A DNA stretch of 64,000 nt from Fidelibacterota bacterium (GTDB lineage Bacteria; Fidelibacterota; Marinisomatia; Marinisomatales; TCS56): positions 1 through 64,000 of the forward strand of contig JBDRBK010000115.1 of assembly GCA_043822705.1 (NCBI GenBank). The letters run 5' to 3'. Numbering within the stretch: position 1 is the stretch's first letter; each line of letters begins with the position of its first letter. The translations under genes and the position numbers were made by a program. This document shows, piece after piece, positions 39,359 to 49,235 of this stretch. Below the pieces are notes generated by a model. The model saw nothing but the letters and a program-made list of their open reading frames with translations. It was not told the DNA's origin and did not search any database.

Positions 39359-41404
39359 ATGATGAAACAGACAAATTTCACTGGAATTCACCGGTTTTTA
39401 TTGATTATTCTGACCGGTATCTTGTTTTTTGGCTGCCAACCGGAAAAACCGGTTGGACTGCCCCTTACGGCTGCCGAAACCGTGATCGCCGGACTGGTGA
39501 CCAGTCACGGACCCGAACAGCAGGAGCGGATTGCCACCGGCGTTGAACAACTCCGGCGGCTCTGGCAGTCGAAGGATGGCTCTGACGAACTATTCGGGGA
39601 CTTCTGCCGCGAAAATTTCGTTTCCGATCCGGATGAACTGTTGCAGTCGTTCCAGCGGCTGGAAGCAGCCCTGGAAAGCGTCAACGGCCACCTGACCCAG
39701 TTAAGCCGCGAATTGCAGTGGAACCTGGATGTCGACACCGGACCATTGCAACCGATCGATTATCTGCTGGGCAGTCTCAGTCTGGACAGCCATGTCAATT
39801 CCGATCTGTTCGCTACTAAAATCGCCTTCTGGGTGCTGCTGAATTACCCATTGTACAGCCTCGAGGAATGTCTGGCGCAGGGCGCCGACTGGTCCCGCCA
39901 GAAATGGGCCGAGGTACGGCTGGCCCAGCGCTTCGCGAACCGCGTACCGGCCGCCGTCAGCCAGGGGATTCATGAAGCCTACACCAACGCCGATAATTAT
40001 ATCAACGGTTACAATATTTACATGGGCAACCTGCTGACCGCCAGCGGCGAGCATCTGTTCCCGAAGGACCTGCGTCTGGTTACCCACTGGGGACTGCGCG
40101 ATCAACTCAAGGCCGACTTCGGACAGGCGGACGGTCTGACACGGCAGCGGCTGATTTATGACGTCATGCAAAAAATAATTTATCAGGATATCCCTCAGAT
40201 TGTCATCGACAATCCCACCGTCGACTGGAATGTGGCCGCCAATACCATCAGCGGCGCCGCCACCGATAACAGTCCCGAGCCGGATACGCGCTATTATTAT
40301 CTGCGCAATTATTTCCTGGCCGAAAAGAACGCCGATCCCTACTATTCCCAGTATCCGAATTTTGTCGATCGCAGCTTCAATCTGGATCGGGAGGTGCCGG
40401 AAGCGAAGATTCGGGAAATGTTCAATACACTGTTATCATCAGAAGAACTGGCGGCCACGGCCCGGCTGATCGGGCAGCGGCTGGGGCGTGATTTCGAGCC
40501 ATTCGATATCTGGTACAACGGCTTGCGCAACTCGGACCGGCCCGACCAGGCCGTGCTGGACCGGCTCGTAGCGGAGCGTTACCCCGACGCGGCAGCGTTT
40601 CAGGAGGAATTGCCGGATTTCCTGACTTTCATGGGATTCGACCGGGCGACCGCCTTATTTCTGCAATCCAAGATTGACGTTGATCCTTCCCGAGGGATCG
40701 GGCATGCCGCCGGCGCCGGCCGCCGCAACGACAATGCTCACCTGCGCACCCGTGTTCCGGCCGGCGGTATGGATTACCGCGGCTACAATATAGCCACCCA
40801 TGAACTGGGTCATAATGTGGAGCAGGTCTTCAGCATCAGTCGCATCGATCATACCCTGCTGGAAGGTGTACCGAACACTGCTTTTACCGAAGCTTTCGCC
40901 TACGTTTTCCAGGACCGGGATCTGGCCTATTTGGGTTTCGCCGAAACAAATGAACAACAGCAGTATTACTCCGCTTTGCACGGACTCTGGACGGTTTGTG
41001 AAATCGCCGCCGTCGCCCTGGTCGATATGGACGTCTGGCGCTGGATGTATGCCCATCCCGATTGCACGCCGGCGGAACTGAAAACGGCCGTGATTGAAAT
41101 CGCCCGCGGTATCTGGAATAAATATTATTATCCGATATTGGGACACCGCGACACACCGATTCTGGCGGTTTATTCGCACATGATCGATAACGGCCTGTAC
41201 CTGCCCAACTATCCGCTGGGTCAGATCATCGAATTTCAGATTCAGGAATATATCGCCGGCAAAAACCTGGGTCGTGAGATGGAACGGATGTGCACGATCG
41301 GCAATATTACTCCGGACCAGTGGATGCAGCAGGCAGTCGGTCAGGCGATTTCGGTCGAGCCGCTGTTGGCTAAGACCCGTCAGGCGCTGGCTATCCTGAA
41401 ATAA
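39359..41404 (+). CDS. Lipoprotein, divergent gluzincin (M3/M32-like) metallopeptidase candidate
   Basis: Lipobox FFGC; 'THELGHNVE' plus downstream 'AFTEAFA'; 'YLPNYPLG'. Confidence 0.6.
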   Translation: MMKQTNFTGIHRFLLIILTGILFFGCQPEKPVGLPLTAAETVIAGLVTSHGPEQQERIATGVEQLRRLWQSKDGSDELFGDFCRENFVSDPDELLQSFQRLEAALESVNGHLTQLSRELQWNLDVDTGPLQPIDYLLGSLSLDSHVNSDLFATKIAFWVLLNYPLYSLEECLAQGADWSRQKWAEVRLAQRFANRVPAAVSQGIHEAYTNADNYINGYNIYMGNLLTASGEHLFPKDLRLVTHWGLRDQLKADFGQADGLTRQRLIYDVMQKIIYQDIPQIVIDNPTVDWNVAANTISGAATDNSPEPDTRYYYLRNYFLAEKNADPYYSQYPNFVDRSFNLDREVPEAKIREMFNTLLSSEELAATARLIGQRLGRDFEPFDIWYNGLRNSDRPDQAVLDRLVAERYPDAAAFQEELPDFLTFMGFDRATALFLQSKIDVDPSRGIGHAAGAGRRNDNAHLRTRVPAGGMDYRGYNIATHELGHNVEQVFSISRIDHTLLEGVPNTAFTEAFAYVFQDRDLAYLGFAETNEQQQYYSALHGLWTVCEIAAVALVDMDVWRWMYAHPDCTPAELKTAVIEIARGIWNKYYYPILGHRDTPILAVYSHMIDNGLYLPNYPLGQIIEFQIQEYIAGKNLGREMERMCTIGNITPDQWMQQAVGQAISVEPLLAKTRQALAILK

Positions 41405-41424
41405 CCGGGGGAGATACAATAAAA

Positions 41425-41449
41425 AAAAGGCGCCATATAGACGCCTTTT
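41425..41449. terminator. Bidirectional intrinsic terminator
   Basis: aaaaggcg-ccatataga-cgcctttt between convergent genes. Confidence 0.75.
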
Positions 41450-41471
41450 AAATTTATAGTGGCCTGTTTTA

Positions 41472-42323
41472 TCAGGTCAGATAGGGCCGCAGGGCTTCCC
41501 GGCGTGAGCGATGCTGGAGACGGCGAATGGCCTTCTGTTTGATCTGACGGACCCGTTCGCGGGTCAGACTGAATTCCTCGCCGATTTCATTCAGCGTCAG
41601 CGGCTTGCCGCGGTCGATTCCGAAATACAGTTTTAGAATCTGCTGCTCACGATCGGTCAGCGTCGCCAGGGCGGCGTGGATTTCTTCCTTCAGGGATTCG
41701 AACATGATCGGCTCATCCGGCAGGTAATAGCCGTCATCGGGGATGATATCCTTAAGTGAGCCGTCTTCGCCTTCCCGCAGGGGATTATCCAATGACTGGG
41801 CGCGCCGTGAAATCCGGATGGCGTCGACGATTTCGTGGCCGGTCATTTCCAGGTGACGGCCGATCTCGTCGGCTTTGGGAGACCGTTCCATTTCCGCTTC
41901 CAGTTTTTCGGCGGTACGCGTGATCTTGGTGATCATGCCGACGCGGTTCATCGGTAAACGAACCAGACGCGACTGTTCCGCCAGTGCCTGCAGGATCGAT
42001 TGACGAATCCACCAGACGGCGTAGGAAATGAATTTAAATCCCCGCGTTTCGTCAAATCGGCCGGCGGCCTTGATCAGGCCGATATTGCCTTCGTTGATCA
42101 GATCGGTCAACTGCAATCCCATGCCCTGATATTTCTTGGCCGTTGATACCACAAACCGCAGATTCGCTTCGATCAGTTCTTTCTTGGCCAGTTCATCACC
42201 CTGTTTGATCCTTACGGTCAATTCGACTTCGCGGTCGGGTTTGAGGGGTTCGAACTTGCTGATTTCCTGTAGATAGCGACTGAGTTCCCGGTTGCCGGAA
42301 CCACTTCTTGAATTTGCTGTCAT
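41472..42323 (-). CDS. Sigma-70 factor, RpoD/SigA-like, lacking region 1.1
   Basis: 'YLQEI', 'ANLRFVVS', 'DLINEGNIGLIKAA', 'GFKFISYAVWWIRQSI', 'LTRERVRQI'. Confidence 0.95.
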   Translation of the reverse strand: MTANSRSGSGNRELSRYLQEISKFEPLKPDREVELTVRIKQGDELAKKELIEANLRFVVSTAKKYQGMGLQLTDLINEGNIGLIKAAGRFDETRGFKFISYAVWWIRQSILQALAEQSRLVRLPMNRVGMITKITRTAEKLEAEMERSPKADEIGRHLEMTGHEIVDAIRISRRAQSLDNPLREGEDGSLKDIIPDDGYYLPDEPIMFESLKEEIHAALATLTDREQQILKLYFGIDRGKPLTLNEIGEEFSLTRERVRQIKQKAIRRLQHRSRREALRPYLT

Positions 42324-42561
42324 TAACTGATCCTTTATTCTCGGTAAAAAGCTTACGAATTTACTGCTGTACTACATTCTTTCCATAATAATTGTTCCAA
42401 TTTCATAATCGGTGCATTGGGGTATTGTAAAAAAATCAAGCCGATCTAAGATATCCAATTACGGATCGATATTGTTGTCATATGATACAGTTTACCGACG
42501 ACAATGTCCAGTATTAATTCAACCGCAACGGGAGCCGATTTGCCGGATGTCAAATCGGCAA

Positions 42562-43920
42562 TCAGAATGGCAGGGCAGCGCTACCGGCGGCGATGAATTC
42601 ACCCGGCGGTACGTCGCTAATCCGTCCCTTCCGATCGACTGGTACACCGCGGCGGATCACCAGTTCGGGAAAGATCGCCGGAAATCCGTCGAACGCATTC
42701 CAGTCCGGGTCACCGATTAAATCGGGCTGCCAGTCGTCGGTGACGCGTTCGGGGTCGACCACTACCAGGTCGGCGTCGCTGCCGGGGGCGATCAGGCCTT
42801 TCCGGGGGTACAGCCCGAATACCCGGGCGGCGTTGGTGCTGAGCAGGCGCGTCAGGAGACTAAGGTCGAGCCCGTGCCGAACGAATTCCGCCAGCAGAAC
42901 CGGGAACAGCGTCTCGACGCCGCCGATTCCGTTGGGAATATCCTGAAACGGGATATCTGGATGTTTATCCTGCAAGTGAAACGGACAGTGGTCGGTGCCG
43001 ATCACTGAAATTCGTCCGGACAGCACCGCCGCGCGCAGGACCTGGTTATCCGCCGGGCGGCGCAACGGTGGACTGGCGACGTACATCCGGCCGTCGGACC
43101 GGCGGTAGCGGGACTCATCTAACAGCAGGTACTGGGGGCAGGTCTCCAGGAGCAGTTCGAGGTGGGCTGCGGCGGCCTTTAAACCGGCGGCCGAACTCAG
43201 GTGCACGATATAGGCGGGGCAACCGGTCCGTTCGACGATCCCGGCGATGGCGGCGACGGCCTGGGCTTCGGCGCGGTCGGGCCGGCTCAATCCATGATAG
43301 AATGGTGCGATGTGACCGGCGGCGGTCAACGGCGCCTGGGCCGCGGTAATGATGGCGTCATCTTCGGCATGGACCATCAGGAGTCCGCCATGCTCGGCCA
43401 GTACTTCGGCGACCTGTTCGATTTCCCCGTAACTCAGCATCATTCCGGCTTCCCTGTAGGTGGTGAACACCTTGAAGCTGCTGACGCCGGCGGCGATCAG
43501 GTCGGGGATTTCCGCCAGCAGGTTGCGGTCGAACCTGGTTAAGTTGCAGTGCAGATGATAATCGCACATCGAACCGGCGGCGGCCCGCTGCCGGGCGGCG
43601 ATGCTGTCGTGCAGGGATTGATTCGGTTCCAGGATCGTGAAATCGATAATTGTGGTGACACCGCCGTGGAGGGCGGCTCTGCTGCCGCTGGTAAAATCGT
43701 CGGCGGACCAACCGCCCTTGATGGGGATGCCCATGTGGGTGTGGGGATCGATGATCCCCGGGAATATTAATTTCCCCTGGCAGTCGATGATCCGGGCACC
43801 GTCCGCTGCCGGAAGCGCTTTCCCGACGGCGCCGATCCGGCCGTTTTCAATCAGTACATCCTCCCGGCGGATACTATCATGATGCACAACGCGGCCGTTT
43901 TTCAAGATCATTGCCGTCAT
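42562..43920 (-). CDS. Dihydropyrimidinase/hydantoinase-family amidohydrolase (HydA/HyuA-like)
   Basis: 'PGIIDPHTHM', 'GGVTTIIDF', 'SFKVF', 'VHAED', 'GTDHCPF', 'GSDADLV'. Confidence 0.88.
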   Translation of the reverse strand: MTAMILKNGRVVHHDSIRREDVLIENGRIGAVGKALPAADGARIIDCQGKLIFPGIIDPHTHMGIPIKGGWSADDFTSGSRAALHGGVTTIIDFTILEPNQSLHDSIAARQRAAAGSMCDYHLHCNLTRFDRNLLAEIPDLIAAGVSSFKVFTTYREAGMMLSYGEIEQVAEVLAEHGGLLMVHAEDDAIITAAQAPLTAAGHIAPFYHGLSRPDRAEAQAVAAIAGIVERTGCPAYIVHLSSAAGLKAAAAHLELLLETCPQYLLLDESRYRRSDGRMYVASPPLRRPADNQVLRAAVLSGRISVIGTDHCPFHLQDKHPDIPFQDIPNGIGGVETLFPVLLAEFVRHGLDLSLLTRLLSTNAARVFGLYPRKGLIAPGSDADLVVVDPERVTDDWQPDLIGDPDWNAFDGFPAIFPELVIRRGVPVDRKGRISDVPPGEFIAAGSAALPF

Positions 43921-43922
43921 TT

Positions 43923-44978
43923 TCAGGGAGCCTTTGGCGCCGACAGTGACTGTGTCGACCGGTGGCCGGTACGGTAGTGCTGGATGATCTCGGATATGAC
44001 GCTGACGGCGATTTCCGGGACGGTCTCGGAAGCAATATCCAGTCCGACCGGGGCGTGAACCTGGTCTAATTGTTCCCTGCTGTAGCCCTTTCCGGCGAGC
44101 GCGTCCGCCAGAATTTTCCATTTACGCCGGCTGCTCATCAATCCCAGGTAGGCCGTATCCAACGCCAGCAACCAGCTCATGAGTTCAAAATCATGGCGGT
44201 GTCCGCGGGTGGCTACCAGGACAAAATCAGTCGTGGCGATCGCGATTTTTTGCGGCAGGTCGGTGATCGATGATGTATCCAAACGCAGGGCGTGGGGAAA
44301 ACGTTCGGTGGTAGCCAGATCGGCGCGATCGTCATAAATGAATGTATCTAATTCGATAAAATGGGCCAGTTCGGCCACCGCCTGCGCCACATGACCGGCA
44401 CCGAAGATATGCAGCCGGGCCGGCGGCGCCAGATAGTTGATGCAGTGCAACGTTTTACCGATTTCGACCGACAGGGACTGCCGCGACTGCCGGGACAGCG
44501 CCAAGGCGCGGTTGAGCTCGTCCGGCAGGTTCTCCGGTGCACCCGCTTCATCCACCAGCCAGCGCCGGACAATAGCCGGTTCAAATCCGTTGATGGCGGT
44601 TACCAATTGACGGCTGACAGCCTGCGGTTCCAGCAGGGCGACGGACCGTATCAGGTCCCGGATTGCCGGCGTGAACGGTTCGATCAGCACTTGCGTGCTG
44701 CCACCGCAAATGCCGTCGGCACCTTCGGCGCCGGTACCGCTGAGATCGTATTCCGCACGAACCGGTTGTCCGTCGGCGATGACTTTCCGGACGGCTTCGA
44801 TCACGCGGAATTCCATCGGACCGCCGCCGACCGTACCGATTGTCGTGCCATCGGCCAGGACCAGCATCAGCGGATAATCGCGCCGTGGCACCGATCCCTG
44901 CCAGTCCACCAGGGCGCACAGGGCCGCCGGTTGTTCGAAACCGTATTCGGTCAACTGCCGGTAGATGCGTTTTTCCAT
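43923..44978 (-). CDS. xdhC: XdhC/CoxI-family molybdo-hydroxylase maturation factor
   Basis: 'GSVPR', 'GTVGGG', 'ICGG', 'IFGAGHVA', 'TRGHRHD', 'HAPVGLDI...PEIAVS'. Confidence 0.9.
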   Translation of the reverse strand: MEKRIYRQLTEYGFEQPAALCALVDWQGSVPRRDYPLMLVLADGTTIGTVGGGPMEFRVIEAVRKVIADGQPVRAEYDLSGTGAEGADGICGGSTQVLIEPFTPAIRDLIRSVALLEPQAVSRQLVTAINGFEPAIVRRWLVDEAGAPENLPDELNRALALSRQSRQSLSVEIGKTLHCINYLAPPARLHIFGAGHVAQAVAELAHFIELDTFIYDDRADLATTERFPHALRLDTSSITDLPQKIAIATTDFVLVATRGHRHDFELMSWLLALDTAYLGLMSSRRKWKILADALAGKGYSREQLDQVHAPVGLDIASETVPEIAVSVISEIIQHYRTGHRSTQSLSAPKAP

Positions 44979-44981
44979 GGC

Positions 44982-45785
44982 TCAGGAACGGGTGAAATTG
45001 ACATATTCCAGCACCGCTTCCAGGACGGCCCGGCCCACGGCTCGGGATTTATCGGATATGCGGTGCACATCGACCGCCTTGCCGCGGGGGTCGATATCGC
45101 CGATTTTCAGTCCTTTGGTGATGCTGACCTGCGGAGAAATCAGGCCCCGGATGACTCCCGCGATCGGCGCCTCGATCCGGTGATTGTAATTGATGGTGCC
45201 CAGCAATTCGCCGGCGCCGACCAGATTGCCGAAATCGACCCGCCACTCCAGCCGGCCCGCTTCTCGGGCTCGCAGCAAACGACGCACGGTTTCGCCGCCC
45301 AGGTCGCCGGGGATGCCGGTATCGGGCGCGGCGGAACCTTCGTAGATGATCCGCCCCAGGTCGTGCCCGCGTTTGGTTTCGATCACTGCGTGGCAGTTTG
45401 TACCAGCGGTGAAACCTGGCCCCAGCCCCACCGTATAGGCCTTCCCGACTGCGAAATCGGCCTGCTGCTGTTTCTGCATCCGGGCGTCGACTAGAATCCA
45501 CGGGCGCAGGGAAGCGATAATCGCCGGATCGTCAGTAATCAGCGGCAGGGCGCCACGGTTGCGGATGGCCCCGATACCGGCCGGTTGGCAATATTCGGCC
45601 CGCAGTCCTTCCACCGTCGCTGTACCGCTGAGCATGGCATCGCTGAAAGTCACCGTCCGCCGGATCGCCAGCGGTACCGGCAGCTCGGTCAGGATCACCG
45701 GAAAACCGCAGTGCTGCAGGCTGCTGGCGGCGGCGCTGGCCAGTTCCCCGGCACCGCGAATGACAATTATTGTGTCACTGAACAT
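44982..45785 (-). CDS. yqeB: Selenium-dependent molybdenum hydroxylase system protein YqeB
   Basis: 'IRGAGELAS', 'AIRRTVTFS', 'GLGPGFTAG', 'ETKRGHDLG', 'KIGDIDPR', 'ISDKSRAVG'. Confidence 0.92.
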   Translation of the reverse strand: MFSDTIIVIRGAGELASAAASSLQHCGFPVILTELPVPLAIRRTVTFSDAMLSGTATVEGLRAEYCQPAGIGAIRNRGALPLITDDPAIIASLRPWILVDARMQKQQQADFAVGKAYTVGLGPGFTAGTNCHAVIETKRGHDLGRIIYEGSAAPDTGIPGDLGGETVRRLLRAREAGRLEWRVDFGNLVGAGELLGTINYNHRIEAPIAGVIRGLISPQVSITKGLKIGDIDPRGKAVDVHRISDKSRAVGRAVLEAVLEYVNFTRS

Positions 45786-45883
45786 GACCGATTTTAAACA
45801 GAAAAGGGTGTACGTGTTAAGACGGATCTGCCCCGAAACACGCCGACGCCGCTATTTATCCGGACCGCAATCGGTTGAATTGG

Positions 45884-46903
45884 TTACGGTCGCTGTGCGG
45901 TGAAAAATTCCCGGATCAGGGTTGTGACCTGGTCGGTCGCTTCGACCCAGACCCAATGACCGGCGTTGGGCACGATTTCCAGCCGGGCGCCCGGAATGCC
46001 GTCGGCGATTGGTCGGACCCATTCCAGAGGTGTCATATCGTAGTCGCCGTAGATGATCAGGGTCGGACAGGTTATCCGGTTCAGGCCGGGAGCCAGATCA
46101 TAGTTGCGAAAAAACCGTCCCAGACCGGCATAGCGGCCGGGAACGGCCGTCCAGGTCGTATCGCGCAACCACAGGTGAATGCTGTCGGCGTAGGTCGGAT
46201 TGTAGCAGTAGGAGCGGAAGTAGACCCGCCAGAACTTTTCCCAGCTTTCGGGAAGTCGCCGTTGGAAACCGTCGCTGGCAAAAATTTCTTCCAGCGCCAG
46301 GCTATCGGCGGTGGTACGCCGGCTTTCCTTGATTGCGCTGAATGATTCCATGGCTTCCGCCCGAATCCCGGTAGTGGACATGATCACCAGGGAACTGATA
46401 TTCTCCGAATATTTCATGGCATATTGCAGCGCCAGCAGGGCGCCCCAGGAACCACCGATCAGGTTGATTTTTTCCGGGGCCAGTTGCTGCCGCAACTGTT
46501 CCAGATCTTCGACGAACTGCTCGACCGTATGGTTGGCGGTATCGGCGTCGCCGGTGGAACGGCCCGCCGCCCGCTGATCGTAGAAGATCAGACGGTACTG
46601 GTCGGCCAAATCCTGCAATTGCAGCATCGTGTCATGGGTGTCGCCGGGCCCGCCGTGCAGTATGAAAGTGGGTGTGCCGCTGCCGACGATTTTATAGTAG
46701 ATTTCGGCGCTGCCGATCCGGGCCCGACCTTCGGTGACGGATATATCCGTTTTCGACCGGCAACCGATCAAATTCAGAACGGCGAAGATAACCAGTCCGA
46801 CGCTCATCAGCGCCCGGACCGAGACGATCCTGAGTGACTGTTTCATCAGTTGACTCCAGATATTTGAGTGTTTCGTTTCACTTGAGCAGTAACAAATTTT
46901 CAT
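45884..46903 (-). CDS. Alpha/beta hydrolase, proline iminopeptidase-like
   Basis: 'LHGGPG', 'YDQR', 'GGSWGA', 'NAGH'; the true start may be downstream. Confidence 0.85.
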   Translation of the reverse strand: MKICYCSSETKHSNIWSQLMKQSLRIVSVRALMSVGLVIFAVLNLIGCRSKTDISVTEGRARIGSAEIYYKIVGSGTPTFILHGGPGDTHDTMLQLQDLADQYRLIFYDQRAAGRSTGDADTANHTVEQFVEDLEQLRQQLAPEKINLIGGSWGALLALQYAMKYSENISSLVIMSTTGIRAEAMESFSAIKESRRTTADSLALEEIFASDGFQRRLPESWEKFWRVYFRSYCYNPTYADSIHLWLRDTTWTAVPGRYAGLGRFFRNYDLAPGLNRITCPTLIIYGDYDMTPLEWVRPIADGIPGARLEIVPNAGHWVWVEATDQVTTLIREFFTAQRP

Positions 46904-46918
46904 GGAATAAATATTAAT

Positions 46919-48151
46919 CTAAGGCAGCAGTACATAGCCGAAGCCTAACTCCTGACGCGGTACTGCCGCGAATTCCAGTTTGACCACCGTAATCCCGGCG
47001 ATCCGGTCGGGACTCATCGCCGGCAGGTCCAGCAGCCGCAGATGTTCACCGGTCTGTTCGAATCTGATTGCCGTGCCGTTCGCCAGCAACGTGGCCCGGT
47101 CCAGTTTGGTCTTAAACCCGGCCAGTGTGATTTGTCCTCCCGGCCAGCGGTCGCACCAGAAATAAGCCGTGTTTCCTTTGCGGGTCCAGGCACCCAGGGG
47201 ATTGACTTCAAAACAGTCGTCGTTGCGATCGATGCCGCCATAGAGCGCTGCGCCATTTTGTTTAAGCCAGCGACCGACCGTAGCCAGTCGTTCCAGCGCT
47301 TCCGGCGGGACGGAACCGTCGGGAGCCGGACCGATATTCAACAGCAGATTACCGCCGCCGGCCGTGACCTGCTGGAGCATGCTCAACACCTTGCGGGCGC
47401 TGTGCCAGTCCTCCGGCGGGGCGTAGGGCAGGCAGCCCCAGGCGCCGTTAAAGGTCATGCAGGATTCCCAGGGGCGATCGGCTTCGGCCGGCCGGATCGC
47501 CTCTTCCGGGGTGGAGAAATCTTCCGGCAGCATGGCCCGGTCGTTGATAAGTATTTGCGGCTGGAGCGTTCGAACCATTGAATTCAATTCAGTACTCTCC
47601 CAGGCAGTCGCGGTGGGCAGAGGCCAGGGTACGTCGTACCAGAGAATATCGATTTTGCCGTAATTGGTCATCAGTTCACGCACGCAGCCGTGGGTGAAAT
47701 CAACAAACCGGCGGCGGGCGGCTTCGTCATTAGCGCAATTTGCACCATCGGGATGGTGCCAATCCATCAGCGAGTAATAAAAGCCGATTTTGAGGTCGAA
47801 TTCCCGGCCGGCTTCCACGAATTCCCGGACCAGGTCCCGGCCCGGTCCGCGCCGGACCGAATTGTATTCGGTCTGAGCGGTATCCCAGAGACAGTAACCG
47901 TCGTGGTGTTTGGTGGTGAAAACCAGGTACTTCATTCCCGATTCGCGGGCCAGCCGGGCCCAATTCCGGGCGGGTGTTTCAGCGGGCTGCCAATCGTCAG
48001 CCAGCCGCTCGTAGTCTGCAACCGGAATCCGCTCCTTGTTCATCACCCATTCGTGGCGGCCCAGACGCGAATACAGACCCCAGTGGACGAACATTCCGAA
48101 ACGGGCGACCTGCCACCAGGCCAGATGATCGTTCCGCTGCAATTTATTCAT
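46919..48151 (-). CDS. Alpha-L-fucosidase, GH29
   Basis: 'FGMFVHWGLYS', 'TTKHHDG', 'YYSLMDW', nucleophile 'LWYD', 'GNLLLNIGP'. Confidence 0.93.
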   Translation of the reverse strand: MNKLQRNDHLAWWQVARFGMFVHWGLYSRLGRHEWVMNKERIPVADYERLADDWQPAETPARNWARLARESGMKYLVFTTKHHDGYCLWDTAQTEYNSVRRGPGRDLVREFVEAGREFDLKIGFYYSLMDWHHPDGANCANDEAARRRFVDFTHGCVRELMTNYGKIDILWYDVPWPLPTATAWESTELNSMVRTLQPQILINDRAMLPEDFSTPEEAIRPAEADRPWESCMTFNGAWGCLPYAPPEDWHSARKVLSMLQQVTAGGGNLLLNIGPAPDGSVPPEALERLATVGRWLKQNGAALYGGIDRNDDCFEVNPLGAWTRKGNTAYFWCDRWPGGQITLAGFKTKLDRATLLANGTAIRFEQTGEHLRLLDLPAMSPDRIAGITVVKLEFAAVPRQELGFGYVLLP

Positions 48152-48212
48152 GCGACACCGGTCGCCGGATCATTATATTTTCCAATTTTCAATATCCCCC
48201 CGGGTCTTTGGT

Positions 48213-48950
48213 TTATTTCAAATCAAGGATCGACAGCATGCTGGTCGACGGCAGGTGTTCGCGAATGTAAGCGATCTGTTCGCTGTCGCCGTATTCGTCA
48301 TTTTCGGGCAGCCAGTGGATCGGCACAATTATTTGTGGTTTTACCGCTATAGCGAATTCCACCACATCCTGCCCGGACAGGCCATAGGGCTTACGAACAT
48401 TCAGTACGGCGATATCGATGCCGGAGAGGGCCAGTGCTTCCGGGGTGGGGCCGGTGTCGCCGGAAATATAGCAGCGCACACCGTCCAACGTGAACAGATA
48501 ACCCAGTCCGCCTGCTTCGGCGGGGTGGGCCGCGCAACCGTAGGCCGGAATTGCATCGATGACGAAATCATTCACTGACGCCGGTTTTCCCGGCAGTACC
48601 AATGCTGTTTTGGCCTGCGGCAGCGCTTCCTGCACCGTTTGCAGATCAGGGGTAATAATCACCGTGGCGGGAGTCAGCAATGGGCCGATCGTGGCCGGTG
48701 AAAAATGATCGCCGTGGAAATGGGTCAGCAGGATGACGTCGGCCGGGGGCAGGGTATCAATGTTTACGAGATCAACCGGATCAACATAGATAGTCAGTTC
48801 AGCGGTCTGTATTTTGACGGCGGTACTGCCGTAGGGATGCGTGGACGCCAACCAGGTGATTTTTTCCAGCATGGCTGATGGTGACTTAGCGCAGCCGGCC
48901 AAAACAATAATCAGCACTAAGATGAAAAATCCTTGGATTGCTACTTTCAA
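48213..48950 (-). CDS. MBL-fold metallo-hydrolase lipoprotein
   Basis: Lipobox LAGC, 'THFHGDH', 'SGDT', 'VPIHW'. Confidence 0.85.
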   Translation of the reverse strand: MKVAIQGFFILVLIIVLAGCAKSPSAMLEKITWLASTHPYGSTAVKIQTAELTIYVDPVDLVNIDTLPPADVILLTHFHGDHFSPATIGPLLTPATVIITPDLQTVQEALPQAKTALVLPGKPASVNDFVIDAIPAYGCAAHPAEAGGLGYLFTLDGVRCYISGDTGPTPEALALSGIDIAVLNVRKPYGLSGQDVVEFAIAVKPQIIVPIHWLPENDEYGDSEQIAYIREHLPSTSMLSILDLK

Positions 48951-49235
48951 TGGTTTTTCCCTCCGCAGTATTTTGACTTAATTCCAGCAGACTTTACGGT
49001 CTAATCGGATCATGATCAAGAGTTTAATCGATAAGCGGTTGACTCTGCCGGTCAGCCGGTAATGACTCTAAATTGCTGGTTGCCGGAACTTCGTTGGCGC
49101 CGGACTATTCCCGCTAAGCCCATTGGCGAAAACCGGGAATTACCAAATGACCGTTTCGACTGTAAATTTGACCGACTGATAACATCAGCATGTCATTCGA
49201 AATAGTCAAATTCTGATCGAAATACGATTATTATT

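Noticed and set aside
42385..42400. Sigma54-like motif TTGGAAC-N5-TTAT upstream of the sigma factor
   Set aside because: Both elements deviate from consensus, including the -12 GC
43921..44121. N-terminal extension of the dihydropyrimidinase ORF
   Set aside because: It overlaps xdhC; homology begins at MTAMILKNG (43920)
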